Source: an uncultured Nitrospirota bacterium
GTDB lineage: Bacteria > CG2-30-53-67
Direction of reading: 5' to 3'
DNA: 64,000 nt
NCBI GenBank assembly: GCA_945786985.1
Contig: CALZGC010000131.1
Span: 946 to 64,945, forward strand
A program made the position numbers and the translations under genes. Positions within the stretch are counted from its first letter, which is position 1. Each line of letters starts with the position of its first letter. Positions 59,071 through 64,000 of this stretch are shown one piece after another. The notes below the pieces were generated by a model that did no database searches, was not told the origin of the DNA, and was given only the letters and a program-made list of their open reading frames with translations.

Positions 59071-59754
59071 TCACGAAGGCATTTCTACTTTCCGATAGTT
59101 CGCCACGGATCGGTTGCAGATGTCGCAGGGGGAACTTGGCTCCCGGTCAATGGTGGAACCACAAACCATGCAGATATGGAAGTACAGCTTGAGCCGCTCA
59201 ATCTTGCCCACGGCAGTGCCAACGAAGAATCCCTTAAATCTAGTGAGTTCTCTTATTTTTCTTTCATGCTGGCGGTGCGATTTCCATGAATACATGCAGT
59301 TGACGATGGCGCCCTCGTGGGATTCCGCTTCCAGTTCACTCAGAAAGTCCGGATAGACGGCTTCAATCTTCTCCAGCTCATTCTCTGCCGCCTGCCGCAG
59401 ATTGGCTCTCGTGTCCGCGATATGAAGATCCACCGTCGCCCTTTCCAACTCTCTGCCCAGGGTTTTCAGGATGCGCTGATAGTTCTCCGCATGCACGCGT
59501 TCCGAAATCGAAAAAGCATGGAAGAGGTGCGCCACGTTCCCCAGTTCCTCCTGGAGGGCCTTTTGTGTGTAACCGACATAATGTTCATGGGCTGTCATCT
59601 CCGTCCCATGGGCACGTTCCAGAACCCCAGTGGTCTGCTGCCAGACGCGAGGGCTGCTCTGTCCCTGGCGTTGCGCGGCCAACGCCGAAGGGGAGCAGAG
59701 AAAAGGCAAAGCGGAAGCAAGACTGAGGAATTCCCTTCTTGAAAATGGCACCAT
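59071..59754 (-). CDS. Rubrerythrin-family protein with an N-terminal twin-arginine (Tat) signal
   Basis: MVPFSRREFLSLASALPFLCSPSALAAQRQ Tat-type signal, a ferritin-like diiron domain (EHYVGYT...E..H, ..ENELEKIE..), and a C-terminal rubredoxin-like CMVCG...CDIC. Confidence 0.6.
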   Translation of the reverse strand: MVPFSRREFLSLASALPFLCSPSALAAQRQGQSSPRVWQQTTGVLERAHGTEMTAHEHYVGYTQKALQEELGNVAHLFHAFSISERVHAENYQRILKTLGRELERATVDLHIADTRANLRQAAENELEKIEAVYPDFLSELEAESHEGAIVNCMYSWKSHRQHERKIRELTRFKGFFVGTAVGKIERLKLYFHICMVCGSTIDREPSSPCDICNRSVANYRKVEMPS

Positions 59755-60136
59755 GCTCACACCCCTTTTCCCTCCAGAGGAGCGAGGCCGCCCGCCAGAC
59801 TCATATTTTCGGACTTTCGCCTCTCGGAAATCAGCCAAACCCCTCTCGCTGCGCAACAAGCGTCCTTGCCTTTGTGCGTAATACAGCATTTGTCAGGTCA
59901 AATGTATACCGCAAAACTGCCGAACAAGCAATTGACGCTCATTCCTGCAGTTTTATTCGACGCTCTTGCTATTCAACACAGGAATGGGAAGCAGAGAAAG
60001 GCCAGGCAGAATGAGGGGATGAGGAAGAATGGAGTTTGACAGCCGAAGGCCCATCCCTGTCCCGACAAACTGAAGCGCTCTCAGGGCGAGCAGTAAATTG
60101 CTTAGACCTTCAGCCTTCAACCTACGTCCTGAATTT

Positions 60137-60667
60137 CTAATACTCGATCCCTTCCCTGGCCTGCGTTCCCGAGGTCTGGGCCGGATGCTTGACCATCTTC
60201 AACTCCGTCACATAGTCGGCCTTTTCAATGACCCGGGGATGGGCACCCCGTCCGGTGAGAACTATTTCCACAGGCTCGGGTTTGCCGTCCAGCAGGTCCA
60301 GCGCGGATTGCAGGGGAAGCAGGTCCTGGGAGATGCAGTTGTTGATCTCATCGAGTACGACCAGATCGAAGCCGCCTTCCATGATGCGCAGCCGCAGCGT
60401 TTCGAAATCCCTTTGCACCCGCGCGGCAAGCTCCTCGACCTTCACCGACGGATCAAAGAGCGGATGAACCTGCGCAAAACGGAGCACCTCCACGCCGGGC
60501 AGCAGCTTGTGGACCAGGGAGATTTCCCCGGAAACTTCCCCGCCCCCCTTCAGAAACTGGGCCAGCAAGACACGTTTGCCATGGCCCGCGGCCCGCATGG
60601 CCAGCCCGACGGCGGCCGTGGTCTTCCCCTTGCCGTCTCCCGTATAGACATGAATCAGTCCCCGCAT
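60137..60667 (-). CDS. cobO: Cob(I)yrinic acid a,c-diamide adenosyltransferase
   Basis: GLIHVYTGDGKGKTTAAVGLAMRAAGHGKRVLLAQFLKGG is the CobA/CobO/BtuR P-loop. 177 aa. Confidence 0.8.
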   Translation of the reverse strand: MRGLIHVYTGDGKGKTTAAVGLAMRAAGHGKRVLLAQFLKGGGEVSGEISLVHKLLPGVEVLRFAQVHPLFDPSVKVEELAARVQRDFETLRLRIMEGGFDLVVLDEINNCISQDLLPLQSALDLLDGKPEPVEIVLTGRGAHPRVIEKADYVTELKMVKHPAQTSGTQAREGIEY

Positions 60668-61004
60668 AGGACGGCCCCCCTGCCCTGGTAATACACAGTG
60701 AACATAGGCTGATCCGATACTGTTCAACGGCGCCTGCATCCCGGTGAACCATTCAACTCTGCATCAGACATGCAGAGAGAGTCAAGAGATTTTCGTTCGG
60801 AGAAGCTCCGATGGCGCGTCAGGCCAAAGGCAGAATAGGTATTGCAGTGCTCTTTCGATTTCTACGGGATTTACTTGAAGCAGGCACGACCGCCAGAGGA
60901 AAACTCTCCAGCGGGCGGGCAGTTCAATCTGCTGAAATCCATTGCCATGCAGGCGGTCTCCAATGCCTGCCAACTTTCTTCTTGACTTTGGGTGTCCCCT
61001 CCGA

Positions 61005-61195
61005 TTACATAGGGAGGCATAGTTCCAGGCGCTCTTATGAGCTTAATAGGGAATCCCGTCAAAACGGGAACGGGCCCGCCGCTGTGATCGGGGACGAACA
61101 CCGGAACAGGCCACTGTCTCACCGAGTGAGACGGGAAGGCACGGTCAGTAGGACGATCCGAGAGTCAGAAGACCTGCCTGGAAACGAGGGGTGCG
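61005..61195 (+). ncRNA. Cobalamin (adenosylcobalamin) riboswitch
   Basis: Conserved elements: AATAGGGAATCC...GTCAAAACGGGAA, the B12-box-like GCCACTG, GGGAAGGC and AGTCAGAAGACCTGCC. Located in the 5' leader of a TonB-dependent receptor gene. Confidence 0.8.
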
Positions 61196-61245
61196 GCCTC
61201 CGAGGACTGGGGTTGCCCGCAAGCGTCTGAGGATAAAAAAGGGAC

Positions 61246-61283
61246 ATCCCCGGATCATTTCACATGGGTCCGGGGATTTTTTT
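61246..61283 (+). terminator. Riboswitch expression-platform intrinsic terminator (ATCCCCGGA-N14-TCCGGGGAT + T7)
   Basis: 9-bp stem followed by TTTTTTT, lying between the riboswitch aptamer and the btuB RBS/ATG. Confidence 0.6.
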
Positions 61284-61330
61284 CATTTTCGGGGCCCATA
61301 TGATAGAACTTTTGGGAGGAGGCACCAAGA

Positions 61331-63352
61331 ATGAAAAAACGGATGGCCCTGTTCGGACTCGTTGTCGTCCTTGTACTCCCGGGAGTAGCCCAGACAATGG
61401 AGGAGCCGAAGGAGAAGGAGGTATTGCAAACATTGGAAACGGTCTTGGTGACGGGCACAAGGATGGAACAGAATGTGGAAAGCGTGCCAGCCAATGTCAC
61501 CGTCATCGACCGGGAAGACATTAAGCAGTCGAATGCTAAGAACGTTCCCGACTTGCTCCGTGCCCAAGAAGGGATTGTTGTGCGGGATCTTCTAGGAAAT
61601 GGAAAATCCGCGCAGGTGGACCTGCGTGGCTTTGGAGAAACGGGGCCATTCAACACACTCGTGCTAGTGGACGGACGGCGGATCAACGAAGTTGACTTGA
61701 GTGGCGTCGATTGGACGCAGATCCCGCTGGACCAGATCGAGCGAGTGGAGATTGTTCGGGGAACCGGAACGGTCCTCTATGGTGACAACGCCTCGGGAGG
61801 CGTCATAAATATCATCACCAAAACCCCGGCGCAGGTGCTTCGGGTCCAATTTGGAGAAACCCTTGGAAGCTACGAGCGCCATAAGGAAGGGCTCTCCCTG
61901 AACGGCGGAAGCCAAAGGGTCGCCGCATCGATCTTTGCCAGCCGTGACCGCACGAATGGTTACCGGGAGAACAATGAGTTTGAGACAAAGGATGTAGGAG
62001 GGAAAATCGTCTTCGATCCCACCGAATCCTTGAGCTTGACTCTCAACGCGTCCTATCATGCCGACGAATATGGCCAGCCGGGGGCAATCCCTGAGACCCT
62101 GCTCGCATCCGACCGCAGAGCAGCGAGGTTTCCCTTCGATGACGCAGAAAGTACGGACAAATACATGAAATTGGATGTGGACATGGACCTCGGCACCCCC
62201 GGTCGCCTTTCCGCCGATGTATCCTTCAGAGATCGAGAGAGCGAATCGACATTTGTCGAGTTCATATCAGGGGAGAAAAGAGAGACTCAGACCTGGGGTT
62301 TCACGCCGCGCTATGTTTGGAGCGGCGCCATCTCGAATCACAGCAACACCTTGATTGCCGGCATCGACCTTTACAGGGCCGAACAAGACCTGAAGACCTT
62401 CTTCGCCTTCACGCCGCCCCCCGCGTTATCCGGCACCTCCAACACAGACAGGGACTCCTCCGGGTTCTACGTCCACAATGAATTTTCACTTCTTGAGAAT
62501 CTTCTGTTTTCGGTGGGCGCACGGCGCGAACGAGTCAAGTACGATTTAAGCCAACAAGACCTGGCTTTCGGACTGGCGCCGCTCGACGATAAATTGACTG
62601 AGCGGGAAAGCGCCTACACCGCGGGGCTTGTCTTCCTGTACAACCGGAATTCCTCCGTCTTCGTCCGGGCCAACCGTAGTTTTCGTTTTCCGCTGGTGGA
62701 TGAACTGATTGTCTTTGATTTCATGAACGGTCGGATTAACGTTAATTCAGAGCTGAGCGCACAAGTCGGGCGGCATTACGAGGTCGGTTTCAGGCACCAC
62801 TTTAACAAAGCCCTGCAGGCAAATTTGACGCTCTATCACGCAAAATTCGAGGACGAGATCTTTTTCAATACTGCAAACTTTGCCAACGAAAATCATCCGG
62901 AGACCCGCCACCGCGGGATCGAGGTCGGAGGCAAGGCGGATCTCCTCAGATGGGTGACCGTGCTGGGAAACTACACGTACGCCAAGGCGACCTTTGAGAA
63001 AGATCCCTTCAAGGACAACGATATTCCCGCCGTGCCGAAGCGAAAAGCCCATGTGGGGCTCCGGATCCATGACATCCTCCCCGGCCTTGTCCTCTCTTCC
63101 GATTACAATTACGTGGGTTCGAGTTTCGCCATCAGCGATCAGGTGAATGGATTCAATAAACTGGGGAGATACGCCACGATTGACGCTCGTGTTTCCTATG
63201 CCTGGAATCGGTTGGAAGCTTTTTTCGGAGTCAACAATATCACGGACAAGAAATATGCCGAGTATGCCGTCATCGGCGGATCCCCCCGGGGACTCAATTT
63301 CCATCCGGCGCCGGAGCGAAACGTGGTGGGAGGACTGACCATCACCTTCTAA
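61331..63352 (+). CDS. btuB: TonB-dependent outer-membrane receptor, vitamin B12 transporter BtuB-like
   Basis: Signal peptide. TonB box ETVLVTGTR. Plug and 22-strand barrel ending ...GGLTITF (terminal aromatic). Controlled by the cobalamin riboswitch. Confidence 0.85.
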   Translation: MKKRMALFGLVVVLVLPGVAQTMEEPKEKEVLQTLETVLVTGTRMEQNVESVPANVTVIDREDIKQSNAKNVPDLLRAQEGIVVRDLLGNGKSAQVDLRGFGETGPFNTLVLVDGRRINEVDLSGVDWTQIPLDQIERVEIVRGTGTVLYGDNASGGVINIITKTPAQVLRVQFGETLGSYERHKEGLSLNGGSQRVAASIFASRDRTNGYRENNEFETKDVGGKIVFDPTESLSLTLNASYHADEYGQPGAIPETLLASDRRAARFPFDDAESTDKYMKLDVDMDLGTPGRLSADVSFRDRESESTFVEFISGEKRETQTWGFTPRYVWSGAISNHSNTLIAGIDLYRAEQDLKTFFAFTPPPALSGTSNTDRDSSGFYVHNEFSLLENLLFSVGARRERVKYDLSQQDLAFGLAPLDDKLTERESAYTAGLVFLYNRNSSVFVRANRSFRFPLVDELIVFDFMNGRINVNSELSAQVGRHYEVGFRHHFNKALQANLTLYHAKFEDEIFFNTANFANENHPETRHRGIEVGGKADLLRWVTVLGNYTYAKATFEKDPFKDNDIPAVPKRKAHVGLRIHDILPGLVLSSDYNYVGSSFAISDQVNGFNKLGRYATIDARVSYAWNRLEAFFGVNNITDKKYAEYAVIGGSPRGLNFHPAPERNVVGGLTITF

Positions 63353-63477
63353 GCGCACCATAGAGGGCGCGGATTTACACTAATCTGGCAGACGGGACGT
63401 AACAGAGATGCCCGAGATCTTCAACAGCGGCGGGCCGCTCATGTACCCGCTGCTGCTCCTTGGGAAAATCGATCCAT

Positions 63478-64000
63478 ATGCCATCACACACGCCCGAGAA
63501 GAAGAAAACCCCGTCACCAATCGGACACTGGAGCCGGGTGTCGTTGCTCTGTTTGATGTTCTTTCCCCTGCTGACCCCCACAACAGAGTGCGCACGACTT
63601 TTCCTCGATCAAGTGGGGCGCGAGGTCCAGGTTCCTGACAATCCCGAGCGGGTGGTCGCGCTGGCACCCAGCCTGACCGAAATGGTTTATGCCTTGGAAG
63701 AAGCGTCGCGCCTGAAGGGGGTCACGCAATTCAGCAACTACCCGGAGGCCGCGCGCGCCCTGCCCCGCGTCGGCTCATACATCCGGCCCGACATGGAAAA
63801 AATCGTGGCCCTGCGACCCGATCTATGCCTGGCGATCCGGGATGGCAATCCCAGGCACGCTGTCGAAAAACTCGAGCGCCTCGGCATACCGGTCTACGTC
63901 GTGGATCCCCGTAATCTGCAGGGGATCATGGAGACCATCACGGGCATCGGCGACGTGCTGGACGCTGGTGAAAAAGCAGCGTCCGTGGTCCGCTACATGC
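63478..64000 (+). CDS. BtuF-like periplasmic cobalamin/siderophore ABC substrate-binding protein (C-terminus beyond the window)
   Basis: Frame reads ...EVQVPDNPERVVALAPSLTEMVYALEEASRLKGVTQFSNYPEAARALPRVGSYIRPDMEKIVALRPDLCLAIRDGN..., a typical BtuF/FhuD-type class III SBP. The start is uncertain (ATG 63478 or 63556). Confidence 0.6.
   Translation, partial: MPSHTPEKKKTPSPIGHWSRVSLLCLMFFPLLTPTTECARLFLDQVGREVQVPDNPERVVALAPSLTEMVYALEEASRLKGVTQFSNYPEAARALPRVGSYIRPDMEKIVALRPDLCLAIRDGNPRHAVEKLERLGIPVYVVDPRNLQGIMETITGIGDVLDAGEKAASVVRYM

Noticed and set aside
1-64000. CRISPR arrays, tRNA/rRNA genes, and sigma54 -24/-12 promoters
   Set aside because: No regularly spaced identical direct repeats with unique spacers. 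No cloverleaf-like candidates noticed in intergenic regions. TGGCAC-N5-TTGC-like matches occurred only inside coding sequence with wrong spacing. The absence of tRNAs is by eye only and should be confirmed with tRNAscan-SE.

Overview
High-GC (roughly 60-65%) chromosomal segment. The gene content (multihaem c-type cytochromes, Tat-exported Fe-S and NrfD-type membrane subunits, rubrerythrins, many two-component and c-di-GMP proteins) points to an anaerobic Deltaproteobacteria/Desulfobacterota-like organism; that placement is inference only. The left third is housekeeping: partial rfbB, an RmlC-like cupin, lptD, folC, accD, then a complete trpEGDCFBA operon on the minus strand. A cNMP module (Crp-like regulator plus class-II phosphodiesterase-like MBL hydrolase) sits between trpA and accD. 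An anomalous low-GC GATCAAAG-repeat spacer separates trpE from trpG. The middle and right parts are accessory-looking. They hold a 1083-aa multi-domain sensor kinase with an NtrC-type sigma54 activator, and a three-gene operon of a giant (1264 aa) TPR protein, a coiled-coil/TPR protein and a small acidic protein. They also hold a NarX/NarL-type two-component pair translationally coupled to a BlaR1-like M56 metallopeptidase. That is followed by two tandem paralogous small membrane proteins and a five-gene Hmc/Cbc-like membrane redox module: tetrahaem c3, Tat Fe-S, NrfD, a 13-haem membrane-anchored cytochrome c, and cytochrome b. Further right are a GGDEF diguanylate cyclase, an acyl-CoA synthetase, a YeiH-family transporter, an ABC exporter, a pirin, a Tat-signal rubrerythrin, cobO, a cobalamin riboswitch controlling btuB, and a btuF-like gene. 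The most striking DNA-level signal is a previously unannotated family of four MITE-like miniature inverted-repeat elements (113-357 bp, ~22-bp terminal inverted repeats CTAGCCCGGATATTGCATGAGT, nested internal deletions, one copy inverted), all sitting in intergenic gaps.
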